From Bdellovibrionales bacterium (GTDB lineage Bacteria > Bdellovibrionota > Bdellovibrionia > Bdellovibrionales > Bdellovibrionaceae), in the NCBI GenBank assembly GCA_031370005.1, contig JANMPT010000043.1:49774-113773 (forward strand): a stretch of 64,000 bases of DNA. Reading direction: 5' to 3'. Of the stretch, positions 10,225 through 19,463 are shown one piece after another. Under the pieces are notes generated by a model. That model saw only the letters and a list, made by a program, of their open reading frames with translations, had not been told where the DNA came from and ran no database searches. Position 1 is the stretch's first letter. The number at the start of each line of letters is the position of its first letter. The position numbers were made by a program, and so were the translations under genes.

Positions 10225-11043
10225 TCATTGAAGTGCAGCGGAGGCGGCCCTTAAAGACGCCCGGGTCATTTGGATTTCTTTGATGATGACTTCTGTTTGT
10301 GCCCCTTGCAGTCCAGAGATAAGCGCAGCTAAGTTGCCGGCGTTCATAACCAGGGTGCCGATCATCATGGATGCTTTTGATTCCCTTTGAGTGAAACTAT
10401 AAATCACCAGAGCAGAGCCGATCAGCTGACCAACTTGAGAAACCAATCTATTACGAGAGACTTCACTTTCTTGGGTCTGGTATTGAACTAAGGAGTTCTG
10501 AGTACTTTTGATGGAAAGGCCTAATTGAGTAAGGACGGCAGAGGTGTTTTTGTCGTTAGATGTTTGAGCAAGGGCGGCGGTAATATTTTTTTGAGCTTCT
10601 GCAAGTTGGATTCCGATGGTCTTTGTGTCTGTGCTTGGTTTTAATACTTTGCTGGTCAGACCGCCCATCGTAGAGCTCACCGTTGCGCCGACAGAAAAGA
10701 CGCCCAAGACACTTAAAAAAAGCAGATTATATAGCGAACCTTCGTCACGGCCTTTGCGCAGGCTCATATGTGCTAATGCAGAAAGGCCAAGGCCGAGCCC
10801 TGCACCGGCGACAGCTAAGCCATTGGCGAATCGGCCCTTGCCAGTTTTTGTCCTGATAGCTTCAAGGGTGTTAGACAAAGTCTGATCTAAGAGAATCAGC
10901 TCGTGGTTGATAGCACCTAGATTTTCTTTGGCATTTGAGATCGCCTGTTCGCCAACGCCTTCCGTGCGATCGGAATTAGCATACCCGGAGCTTTGAACTG
11001 ATATGAGGCCAGCAAGGGTCAATGATAAAGCCTTTGTTTTCAT
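10225..11043 (-). CDS. Hypothetical secreted/membrane protein with alternating coiled-coil and Gly-rich hydrophobic helices
   Basis: Signal-like N-terminus after AGGGAG RBS; hydrophobic hairpins (LAVAGAGLGLGLSAL; LLFLSVLGVFSVGA). Confidence 0.7.
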   Translation of the reverse strand: MKTKALSLTLAGLISVQSSGYANSDRTEGVGEQAISNAKENLGAINHELILLDQTLSNTLEAIRTKTGKGRFANGLAVAGAGLGLGLSALAHMSLRKGRDEGSLYNLLFLSVLGVFSVGATVSSTMGGLTSKVLKPSTDTKTIGIQLAEAQKNITAALAQTSNDKNTSAVLTQLGLSIKSTQNSLVQYQTQESEVSRNRLVSQVGQLIGSALVIYSFTQRESKASMMIGTLVMNAGNLAALISGLQGAQTEVIIKEIQMTRASLRAASAALQ

Positions 11044-11096
11044 GTAACTCTCCCTAATCATTTGAAAAAGCGAATTCTAGAGTTCGCAGGAAATCT

Positions 11097-11112
11097 AGCG
11101 ATAGTCATACCA
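11097..11112 (-). promoter_or_regulatory. Sigma54-like -24/-12 promoter
   Basis: TGGTATG-ACTA-TCGCT with canonical GG-N10-GC spacing. Confidence 0.4.
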
Positions 11113-11215
11113 AGGAGGGTAGGGCTTAAAATTGATCTGAGGGTTTCATTTTGTCGAAATAATTTATCTTAGCCGTAGGTTGTCATGTTTTAAAAAGTAG
11201 TGTTATTTATGGAGA

Positions 11216-11878
11216 ATGCGCAACGAAGTCTCTAAAGCTCAAACTTATATTGAGTCACTCATCAGCGAAGAGGCCCTCAGTAAACGTAAGTCTCGTGATT
11301 TTGCTGAAGAGCTCGGTCTTGGGAAGATCTGCTTGTCTCCTTCTGAGGGAAGTTTGTTGGCCTTCATGGTACGCCTGCTCGGATGTCATAAATTTGTAGA
11401 AATTGGAAGTCTCACGGGGCTTTCCGCCCAGTATATTTTGGAGGGCATGAACGGCAATGGGGAGCTCTGGTCCCTGGAGAAAACAGAGCCTCATGCTGCC
11501 AAAGCATTAGAGGCTCTTTCTCAGCACCCAGCTGCTAAAAAGGTTCATGTCCTTCTTGGCGATGCGCGGATTACGCTAGAGGAGCTTAAGGCACAGGGGC
11601 CTTTTGATGGGGTATTTATTGATGGCAACAAAGCGGCCTATGGGGATTACTTGGACTGGGCTGAAAAAAATATTCGCTTTGGAGGCCTGATCGTCGCTGA
11701 TAATGTGTTTTTGAGCGGTGCTGTTTGGGGTGATAACGAGGGGCATAGCAAAAAGTTCAGCGAAAAACAGATAAAGGTCATGCAGTGCTTTAATAAACGT
11801 TTAAGTGACCCGACACTTTACGACAGCATCCTCGTTCCGACAAACGAAGGAATGCTCTTGGCGGTGAAAAGATTTTAG
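11216..11878 (+). CDS. O-methyltransferase (caffeoyl-CoA OMT-like)
   Basis: VEIGSLTGLS, FDGVFIDGNK, GGLIVADNV. Confidence 0.9.
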   Translation: MRNEVSKAQTYIESLISEEALSKRKSRDFAEELGLGKICLSPSEGSLLAFMVRLLGCHKFVEIGSLTGLSAQYILEGMNGNGELWSLEKTEPHAAKALEALSQHPAAKKVHVLLGDARITLEELKAQGPFDGVFIDGNKAAYGDYLDWAEKNIRFGGLIVADNVFLSGAVWGDNEGHSKKFSEKQIKVMQCFNKRLSDPTLYDSILVPTNEGMLLAVKRF

Positions 11879-12693
11879 GATTCCCGCAAAGGTGTTGAGA
11901 TTTCCTGAAGAAATTTTTCCACAGCTGGGGCGTATTCATCTCTGCAATCACGCAAACCCGTAAGATGCTCTGCCTCGGGGAGACTCAGCTTTCGCCAATC
12001 TAAATTGTGATGGGGTTCAAAAACCGCGTCAATGTGATCCGGGGGGATCAAGCGATCCTTCCAGCCACGAATCGAAAGAATTTTAAAATTTTTTGGAAAC
12101 AGCTCAAGGTCTGTATGCAGATCTTTATGCAAATAAGGACTCCAGATATAAGACAAAAGTGGAGTCAGCGCATGGTGAAATACCGCTGAATTTATTTTCC
12201 ATTCGTACTTCGCCAGGTTTGAGAAAGATTCAACAAATTTTCCAGAGGGCCCGCTGTCAAAAATTATTCCGTCGACATCCGCACACAGGCGGTGAGCCAG
12301 GGCTTCAATCGCCGCACCTCCAGGGTTTGAAAAAGCAAAGATGATCTTTTTGCCAGGGATGATATTGAGTAGGTTTTCAATTTGATCCGCATACACATGC
12401 TTGAGGCCAAATTTCATTTGGGAACTCACTGGCATTTTTAAATTTTCTACGAGCTCCTTGCGTTTTTTGAATGGAGTCAGAAGACCTTGGGAAAAATCAA
12501 GAAGGGCCGGGGTCTTTTGCAAATCAAAGACGACGCTGTCATAGCCAAGATCGGTGACAAGCTTCACATGCCGGGCAAGTTCGCGTTGAAGAGCGCCAAA
12601 GAAAGGAACAAACAAGACGGTCTCTTCGTACTTTTTATTTTTGGATTTAAAAAGCCGACCTTCATAGGGAAAAGAGACCGTTGTAGAAGTCAT
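11875..12693 (-). CDS. Alpha/beta-hydrolase fold protein
   Basis: FAFSNPG nucleophile elbow, IFDSGP, GWKDRLI, EAEH. Confidence 0.65.
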   Translation of the reverse strand: MTSTTVSFPYEGRLFKSKNKKYEETVLFVPFFGALQRELARHVKLVTDLGYDSVVFDLQKTPALLDFSQGLLTPFKKRKELVENLKMPVSSQMKFGLKHVYADQIENLLNIIPGKKIIFAFSNPGGAAIEALAHRLCADVDGIIFDSGPSGKFVESFSNLAKYEWKINSAVFHHALTPLLSYIWSPYLHKDLHTDLELFPKNFKILSIRGWKDRLIPPDHIDAVFEPHHNLDWRKLSLPEAEHLTGLRDCRDEYAPAVEKFLQEISTPLRES

Positions 12694-12702
12694 TATAGAA
12701 TC

Positions 12703-15531
12703 CTAGTGTTTGTTTGCCTGGTTCTTAGAAGGCCAAAGCTCAGTCCAATGATTTGTTGTTTTGCCTGCATGTTGAGTTTGCTCTAAAGCTGTATCGCGAA
12801 CGATAACTTGCTCCAAAGCGGTCTCAGCTAAGACCTTGCCACAAGCTTCTATGATGCTATCCCCGTCAATGCCATGGAAGGCATAGACTTCAGAAGGGCG
12901 ACCACATTTTGAATGTTTTCTAACGGCGCAGGCCTCTTGCCTTACGCCAATGACAGAACCAAGGTTGTCTAATAAGCCAGCTTCGCCATCATGAACACTG
13001 ACAATAGGCACGCGCTTGCCTGCAACTGTGATCAGGTCTCCGGCGGAAACCTCTTCGGATTTTCTTAAGTACAAGTCCGAGTTGATACCTAAATCGTGTT
13101 TCAAATAAGCATAGTCATTTTCGTGAGCGTGAATACCGGCAACAAGATCAGGTGAAGTTACTACGATCACATTGGCATAGATGCCATGACCGAGAAGAGT
13201 TTCTGAAGCCTTAATTCCCTCAGTAACAAGAGAGCCCATTGCAAAGATATTCACGACGTTGTCTCCGGGCTCATAGCCTGCATAACCGCGGTAGTCGATC
13301 AGGTAATAAGCGCCCTGAAGGACTTCCTCTCGAACTTGGCGAAGAATTTGTGCGTCGTCTAAGCTTGCGGCTTCTTCCTCACTTGTCCCATTATTGACAG
13401 GAAATTCAGCGCGAGCCAGTTTTGTGTCCAAATCTTTTTTAAAACGAGCTTGTTTTTTTAAGTAGAACATCATGTCTTTTTGTTCAGCGCCGCGAGTGAC
13501 AAGCCTAAGTAGAACTCCCGTCCGGCCTGCATTGTTGTTCATCACATGACGTTTGATTGCATCACATAAGATCCAATCTAGCTCCTGGCAGAAGAAGGGC
13601 TCCCAAGTGATTTGATTTGGAATTTGGATATCGGACTTCCAACCATGCTGAGCTCCTTCCGGAGACAGAGTCACACCAGAGGGTGTGCCCACGCAAATAA
13701 AGGAACTCTTCCAGTAGAGATTGTAGAAATATTGATCCAAAGCGCGTTTGATGAAGAAGTCATAAACCGTCATTAAAGGAATGATGGGAACTCCAATTGT
13801 ATCGCGTAGACGGCCAAAAGCACCCACGCAAGACATGACGTTGCCCTCAGCAATTTCAAAACGGAGAAAACGATCTGTAACCTCTTCGCCAGGAATTAAA
13901 TCTGGAAGTTTATGATCTTTCACGCCAAGTTCTGATTCTAAATCTTCAGCAACAACCGGGGCGCCAAATATTTTTCCATCCATTGCGGGATTCAGGTTTG
14001 TTGAGGTTCCGACGTCAGGCGCCATGGAGATAAAAAGTTCGCCAGGAAGTTTGAAGGCCTTTTCGGAGTCGGTCAGAGGCTTTTGTTTTTCTGCAAGCTT
14101 TGTTTCTTCGTAGGGTGTGTTTGAAATCCGAGTCAGCTTTGCGGTTAGCTGACCGAGCATCCACTGTGTATGAGGATAACTGGTCATTTTCGTATTGATA
14201 TCAAGAGACTCTGGCAGTTCGCCCCATTGAGTTAACTTGTCTAAGAAAAACTTTTGGTTTTTATCTTTCAATGAATGTTGAGCTTTGATTTCATTCCAAA
14301 GCGTATCACTACGCTCTTTTAAGTATTTGGCTTCTGGGGTTGAGGCAGGGAAACGCTCAAACAAGTGGTCACCGACAATACCTTGTTTTGTTTTTAGTTC
14401 GGCTAACTCGTCTTCATGAGGAAGCTGTGAGTGATTTCCTGGTTGAGCTGCGCAACGAAGTCCCCAGCCTTTTAACGTGTGCACGATAATAATACTTGGG
14501 CGTCGTGTTGATTTCTTTGACTGCTCCATTGCCTCTGCCAACAAGAGCATATCGTGGCCGCCGAAGTCACGAATCGCCTCGTATAGCTCCTGGTCAGAGA
14601 CACTGTCGAAAAACTTCTTCATAGTTGGATATTCTTTGGCGATGCCTTTTTTCAAGGCCTTCATATCCTGAACGAGAAGCAGCGCTTGAAGTTGGTAATC
14701 TTCGAGCTCTTTTTCTAGGAAGTTTTTAAAAGTCTCGCCGCCGGGCTTTTTAAATAAAGCCAAACGTTTAGCTCCGTGACGGACTTGGATAACTTCCCAA
14801 CCGTTAGCAGCCATGGTGCGCTCAATACGATCGGCATCGGTGCCATTCATAATTTCAGGATTGGTGATGCGTTGGCCATCCAATGACTGACGATTGTAGT
14901 CCACGATCCAAGTTAAAGAGCCGAGCTCGCGTTCAGCAAAATCGGGAACCGCTTCATACATTGAACCTTCGCGGAACTCAGAGTCTCCACATATCGCCCA
15001 AAAGTGAGCATCAGGAACTTCATAGCCATGCTCGCGCGCATAACGATAGGCCAAAGCCAAGTAACCCGCTTCCACTGGTGGAATGCCGACAGTGCCAGAT
15101 GGGAAAAAGTTGTGATTATCAGAGTCGTAGGTGGAGTGATAAGACTGGAACACGGGTTCGCCATGGGAGTATTTGCGAAGTCCCATCATAGCCGTATTTG
15201 CGTCATCTAAGGAAAGTTTGCTCAAGTCTTGTTTCAAAAATAGATCAAGAAGATAGTTGTATGCGTGATCTGTCGGAGAGGCATGTGGCTTGTTGGCGAT
15301 GTGATCAAAACCTGTTTTTACAATCAAATGCAAAGCACCCATGATATGCAATGCACTTGCAGAAGCAGAGGCATGGCCGCCAACTTTAGGATCGCCCTTT
15401 TCTTTGTCCGTGCGATGATTGGCTTGGTAAATCATTTGAGTTGCTGAGTAATGGGCGCGGCGGGCGATGGATTCCAAAACTTCACGAGAATTAGTCTTCA
15501 GAGTCTGGTTTTTATCAGATGCTTTACTCAC
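12703..15531 (-). CDS. aceE: Pyruvate dehydrogenase E1 component (homodimeric AceE type)
   Basis: KVGGHAS, GDSE...NRQSLDG ThDP motif, GIAE-like EIAEGN, SGVTLSPEGAQH. GTG start at 15531 after AAGGAG. Confidence 0.88.
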   Translation of the reverse strand: MSKASDKNQTLKTNSREVLESIARRAHYSATQMIYQANHRTDKEKGDPKVGGHASASASALHIMGALHLIVKTGFDHIANKPHASPTDHAYNYLLDLFLKQDLSKLSLDDANTAMMGLRKYSHGEPVFQSYHSTYDSDNHNFFPSGTVGIPPVEAGYLALAYRYAREHGYEVPDAHFWAICGDSEFREGSMYEAVPDFAERELGSLTWIVDYNRQSLDGQRITNPEIMNGTDADRIERTMAANGWEVIQVRHGAKRLALFKKPGGETFKNFLEKELEDYQLQALLLVQDMKALKKGIAKEYPTMKKFFDSVSDQELYEAIRDFGGHDMLLLAEAMEQSKKSTRRPSIIIVHTLKGWGLRCAAQPGNHSQLPHEDELAELKTKQGIVGDHLFERFPASTPEAKYLKERSDTLWNEIKAQHSLKDKNQKFFLDKLTQWGELPESLDINTKMTSYPHTQWMLGQLTAKLTRISNTPYEETKLAEKQKPLTDSEKAFKLPGELFISMAPDVGTSTNLNPAMDGKIFGAPVVAEDLESELGVKDHKLPDLIPGEEVTDRFLRFEIAEGNVMSCVGAFGRLRDTIGVPIIPLMTVYDFFIKRALDQYFYNLYWKSSFICVGTPSGVTLSPEGAQHGWKSDIQIPNQITWEPFFCQELDWILCDAIKRHVMNNNAGRTGVLLRLVTRGAEQKDMMFYLKKQARFKKDLDTKLARAEFPVNNGTSEEEAASLDDAQILRQVREEVLQGAYYLIDYRGYAGYEPGDNVVNIFAMGSLVTEGIKASETLLGHGIYANVIVVTSPDLVAGIHAHENDYAYLKHDLGINSDLYLRKSEEVSAGDLITVAGKRVPIVSVHDGEAGLLDNLGSVIGVRQEACAVRKHSKCGRPSEVYAFHGIDGDSIIEACGKVLAETALEQVIVRDTALEQTQHAGKTTNHWTELWPSKNQANKH

Positions 15532-15561
15532 GAGATATCTCCTTAAATAAGGAGATATCTC
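15532..15561 (-). promoter_or_regulatory. Perfect 14-bp inverted repeat covering the aceE Shine-Dalgarno
   Basis: GAGATATCTCCTTA-AA-TAAGGAGATATCTC immediately 5' of the GTG start. Confidence 0.8.
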
Positions 15562-15609
15562 TAACATCAGCCAACCTCAGAACAAAGAGGCGGCGCAAGG
15601 CGTCGTAAG

Positions 15610-16497
15610 TTAGGTTTCTAGTACGAAATCCCAGCGGATTTTGACGGTTCCATCGGTTTCAATGATGCCTTTTGGAGGGTTCGGGAAGGGTGCAGCGGCT
15701 TTAAAAGCTTCAATAGCTGCGTCATCAAGGTCACGAACGCCTGAGTCCGAAAGCACCTGGACATTCACAAGGGTGCCGGCAGAGTTCAGGACAATAAGAA
15801 GTTTTGTAATGCGGTCTTGGGCTGATGCGATTTTACGGCCCTGTTGGAACATGCTGGTCACTTTTTCGCGGACCTTGGGTTCCCAGAATTGAGAGAGCTG
15901 CTTACGGATGCGACTGTAATAGGTATAGTATTTGAACTCGCGTGTATTCAGCAAGGTCTCAATGCCCTGATCCACATCTTTCAGATAGTCATTTGTTTGG
16001 CTGATGTTTCCACCTTTTTGCGCAGCTTCAGCCTCTTGATTGGTCTTGGCCTCCTGCTTTTTAAAACCCATTGCCATCGGATCGTAGGCAGTAAGAAACT
16101 GGTTTAAGCTGGGCTGTGCCGATCTTTTGTTTTTTACGGATTTTCCTGCCTTGAGACTTTTGGTTTTTAGATTTTGAAATTCACCGTGATTTGCCGCCTG
16201 AGTTTGTTTTAGGACCTTTTGGTTGTGAGCGCTCAAGAAACGCGTATCCTCAAGCTTTTCTTGGTTTAGAGCTTTATCCTCTTGTTCAACAACCTGAGCG
16301 GTTTTTTCAATTTTAATCTTGGTTTTTTTTACAACAAAATTAGGTTTGTCCTCTGCCTTTTGGTCGAGGATTTCAATTGTTACAGCTCGAGACGGAGGAG
16401 GTGGCTTTGTAGCGAGCGAATAGATTGTCAGCCCCCCAAAAAAAATTAAGTGGAGAGCGAATGAAAGTAATAATGCTATAGAAAGAGAACGTTTCAT
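15610..16497 (-). CDS. TonB family energy transducer
   Basis: N-terminal TM helix with SFALH (SxxxH), Pro/Lys linker, C-terminal SG..LDDAAIEAF...PFPNPP domain. Confidence 0.88.
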   Translation of the reverse strand: MKRSLSIALLLSFALHLIFFGGLTIYSLATKPPPPSRAVTIEILDQKAEDKPNFVVKKTKIKIEKTAQVVEQEDKALNQEKLEDTRFLSAHNQKVLKQTQAANHGEFQNLKTKSLKAGKSVKNKRSAQPSLNQFLTAYDPMAMGFKKQEAKTNQEAEAAQKGGNISQTNDYLKDVDQGIETLLNTREFKYYTYYSRIRKQLSQFWEPKVREKVTSMFQQGRKIASAQDRITKLLIVLNSAGTLVNVQVLSDSGVRDLDDAAIEAFKAAAPFPNPPKGIIETDGTVKIRWDFVLET

Positions 16498-16518
16498 CAG
16501 CAAGCCTCGCCGAGTAAG

Positions 16519-16546
16519 CTATCGGTATTAAGACACACAAAGTGAA
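16519..16546 (-). promoter_or_regulatory. Possible sigma28-like promoter
   Basis: TTCA-N16-ACCGATAG about 22 nt upstream of the tonB start. Confidence 0.35.
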
Positions 16547-16625
16547 GTTTTGGATTAAACAAGGTGAAAGAATTCGACGAGAGTCTAGTTTGACTCATTC
16601 AGAGCCACGAGTCACAATGGAACCA

Positions 16626-17351
16626 ATGGAAATAGACGCATGGTTTTTGACAGATAAGGGCCTTCGACGGGAGTCGAACCAAGACGCCTGTCTGATCAAC
16701 AAAGATATTGGTGTGTACATTGTTGCAGATGGAATGGGTGGACACTCTGGTGGAGAGGTCGCTTCGGCTATTGCGGTGCAAACAATTGAAGACGTTATTA
16801 AAAGACCAGAGCTCAGAGAAATGGCTCCACGGGAAGTTTTAACTTACGCTTATGAAGAGGCCAGCCGCCGGGTTTATGATAAAGCGGCCAATGAAAATCC
16901 AGAGCTTGCGGGCATGGGTACAACAATGGTGATGGCATATGTTCGCAATAAGCATATTTACATCGCCAATGTTGGTGATTCTCGATGCTATATGTTTAAG
17001 AAGCCCTATTTATGGCAGGTGACGGAGGATCATTCTTTATTGAATGAGCAAATTCGCGCCGGCGTTCTGAAAGAAGAAAATGCAGGCCAGTTTGTTGCTC
17101 GTAACGTAATCACTCGCAGCGTGGGCTATGAGCGGGAAGTGCAACCAGATATTGTTGAGCGGGAAGTCACGCCTGGCGAATGCTACTTGCTTTGTTCAGA
17201 TGGACTTTCAGGACTGGTTGCAGATCAAAAAATTTCACAGATTTTAAATCAGAATTCTCCTGACAAAGCCGTAAAAGCTTGCATAGATCAAGCTCTGGCA
17301 AACGGGGGAGACGACAACGTCACGGCATTAATATTGTATTTTCATGAGTAG
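16626..17351 (+). CDS. PP2C-type Ser/Thr protein phosphatase (Stp1/PrpC-like)
   Basis: RESNQD, VADGMGG, NVGDSR, LCSDGL, GGDDN. Start uncertain (16617 or 16626). Confidence 0.95.
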   Translation: MEIDAWFLTDKGLRRESNQDACLINKDIGVYIVADGMGGHSGGEVASAIAVQTIEDVIKRPELREMAPREVLTYAYEEASRRVYDKAANENPELAGMGTTMVMAYVRNKHIYIANVGDSRCYMFKKPYLWQVTEDHSLLNEQIRAGVLKEENAGQFVARNVITRSVGYEREVQPDIVEREVTPGECYLLCSDGLSGLVADQKISQILNQNSPDKAVKACIDQALANGGDDNVTALILYFHE

Positions 17352-17354
17352 GCA

Positions 17355-18368
17355 ATGAACAGTACTGGTAAAAAGACGACTTTTTTTATAGTGAGCAATC
17401 AAACGGGCCAAACCCGCAAGTTGGTGATTTCATCCGTGTGGATGAAGGCGGCTAGTTTTATTGGCGCTGTTATTATTTTGGTTTTTGCTGCGGGAATGGT
17501 GGACTATTTCGGTTTGCTTTTACAGTCATTGGAAAACAAGCACCTACGCAGCGAGAATGCCCAGTTGATTAAGCAATTCCAAGTAGTTGAAGGCAAGGTA
17601 AACTCCCTCGAAAACAGTCTTGAGCGCGTGAAGACATTCACTACGAAGTTGAAGCTCATCACCAATATTGATGCTGAAGATCGCGTGACGAAACTGTCCA
17701 TGGGTCCAAAGCCTGCTCCAGGTCAACAGGTTGAAGAGTACGAACCAATGGACCAAAGGTCATCGTCGGAGAGCGTAGCCCAGCAAGATGAAGTCTTTCA
17801 ACAGTCTCCGCGTTTGAATGAAAACAAAGGTGAAGTGGCCGAGCAGCCGACTTCCTCGAAAGACTATGCCTCATTGGTTGTGCGTATTGATAAAGCAGTT
17901 CGCGAAACCCAACTCAAAGAGCAAAGTGTGATTGATCTTTGGGAGAGCTTATCTGAAAGACAGAGTTTGATCAATGCGACTCCTAATATCAAACCGGCCC
18001 ACGGTTGGTTGACCTCTCGATTTGGTTATCGTGTGTCACCATTTACTGGTAAGGCGACAATGCATGCGGGTCTTGATATTGCTGCGGCCCCAGGCTCTCC
18101 GATCTATGCTCCTGCGGATGGGGTTGTGAGTTACGCGGGTTACGATCAGGGCTACGGAAAGCTTGTAAGTATTGACCATGGCTATGGAGTAAGTACTCGT
18201 TTTGGCCACACGTCTCAGGTTTATGTTCAGGTTGGACAGAAGGTTTCAAAATGGGATGTGATCGCAGCGGTGGGGAATACCGGTCGCTCCACAGGGCCAC
18301 ACTTGCATTATGAGGTTCGCATCAATGGAACCCCTGTAGACCCCATCAATTTTATTTTGGATGAGTAA
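17355..18368 (+). CDS. M23 family peptidase with TM anchor and coiled coil
   Basis: HAGLD and HLH zinc motifs, STGPHLHYEV. Confidence 0.95.
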   Translation: MNSTGKKTTFFIVSNQTGQTRKLVISSVWMKAASFIGAVIILVFAAGMVDYFGLLLQSLENKHLRSENAQLIKQFQVVEGKVNSLENSLERVKTFTTKLKLITNIDAEDRVTKLSMGPKPAPGQQVEEYEPMDQRSSSESVAQQDEVFQQSPRLNENKGEVAEQPTSSKDYASLVVRIDKAVRETQLKEQSVIDLWESLSERQSLINATPNIKPAHGWLTSRFGYRVSPFTGKATMHAGLDIAAAPGSPIYAPADGVVSYAGYDQGYGKLVSIDHGYGVSTRFGHTSQVYVQVGQKVSKWDVIAAVGNTGRSTGPHLHYEVRINGTPVDPINFILDE

Positions 18369-19431
18369 TCCGCTCTGACCAGTAGAGCGCTTCAGGTCTG
18401 TTTTTCATCCAGTCATTTTCAAAATTAGAATTTGCAGAAGTAATCCCAGGCTGAAAGTGATGCAATAGAAAGCAACAAACTTGCTCTTTTGGCCCCCTCT
18501 GATTTTCATAAATTTCCTTTATTTGACCAATGAAATCGGCGATTGTTTTGTTGATTTCATCGCGAGCAGTTTGGCTGACGGCCATCACTCGATAATCACT
18601 AAAATAGACTAACCCGGGCGGTCGTTCATTTTCTTTTGCAGAAAGCGTGCTGCCAATTCGTTTTGCTAGTTTCTCAGTCCAATAATGTATCGGTTTCAAA
18701 ATTTCTATAATTGGAAGATTTCCAATTTGAAATTTAGATTTAACCAGCTGATAAAGCTCATCATTCTTTTTGATGATTTTAAGCCGACAGAGATCCTCTA
18801 TTGATTTGGTGACAACTTCATGATGGATTGAAATCAACTCGGCCAACTCAGGAATCTGCTTATTTGAAAAAAGCCTAAATCTATCCAACTCAAGTGTGGT
18901 GAGAACAGTCAAGGCCCACGGAAATTGGGTGATGTATTTGAGCTGCAGGTCCTCGAGAGAATTAGGTTCGTCTGTCTGCTCAAATCCAGGATTTACCTCG
19001 TTCAGTCTTTTTAAAAAAAGATCAAGAAAGTCAGGAGTTAGGTCCATAATTTGAAAAATGCTTTCTAAACTAGGGTCTACTTCTCGAGAGAGCCATCTTC
19101 GCAAGGCAGAGGGATGTACTCGCAGTCTTCGAGCTACAATCGTTAGGTCGTTCAAACCTTGTGTCAGTAAAAACTGCTGAATGATCTCTGCCGCAGAGCT
19201 TGGATCAAAGCTCCTTAGGGCAAATTTTAAGCTGTAGTCGAGAGTTTTTTCTAACGGAAACCCGCTAATGGAGCATAATTTTACAAAATCCCGCCAACGA
19301 ATTTTGCGCTGATTGGACTCCCACTTTGCGAATTGATTGTAGGAGTAACCAAGCTCTTTACTAATTTGAATTTGCGAACGAACTCCGCGGAGTTGTTTCA
19401 AAATTTTGGAAGTTATTTGTTCATACTCCAT
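18352..19431 (-). CDS. Double-HTH (XRE-like) protein, DUF4423-like
   Basis: N-terminal HTH (SQIQISKELGYSYNQFAKWES), second HTH (VARRLRVHPSALRRWLS), winged-helix-like C-terminal half. Start at MEYEQ. Confidence 0.65.
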   Translation of the reverse strand: MEYEQITSKILKQLRGVRSQIQISKELGYSYNQFAKWESNQRKIRWRDFVKLCSISGFPLEKTLDYSLKFALRSFDPSSAAEIIQQFLLTQGLNDLTIVARRLRVHPSALRRWLSREVDPSLESIFQIMDLTPDFLDLFLKRLNEVNPGFEQTDEPNSLEDLQLKYITQFPWALTVLTTLELDRFRLFSNKQIPELAELISIHHEVVTKSIEDLCRLKIIKKNDELYQLVKSKFQIGNLPIIEILKPIHYWTEKLAKRIGSTLSAKENERPPGLVYFSDYRVMAVSQTARDEINKTIADFIGQIKEIYENQRGPKEQVCCFLLHHFQPGITSANSNFENDWMKNRPEALYWSERITHPK

Positions 19432-19463
19432 CGAATTCTGATACCGTATTTTTATTGAAAGCG

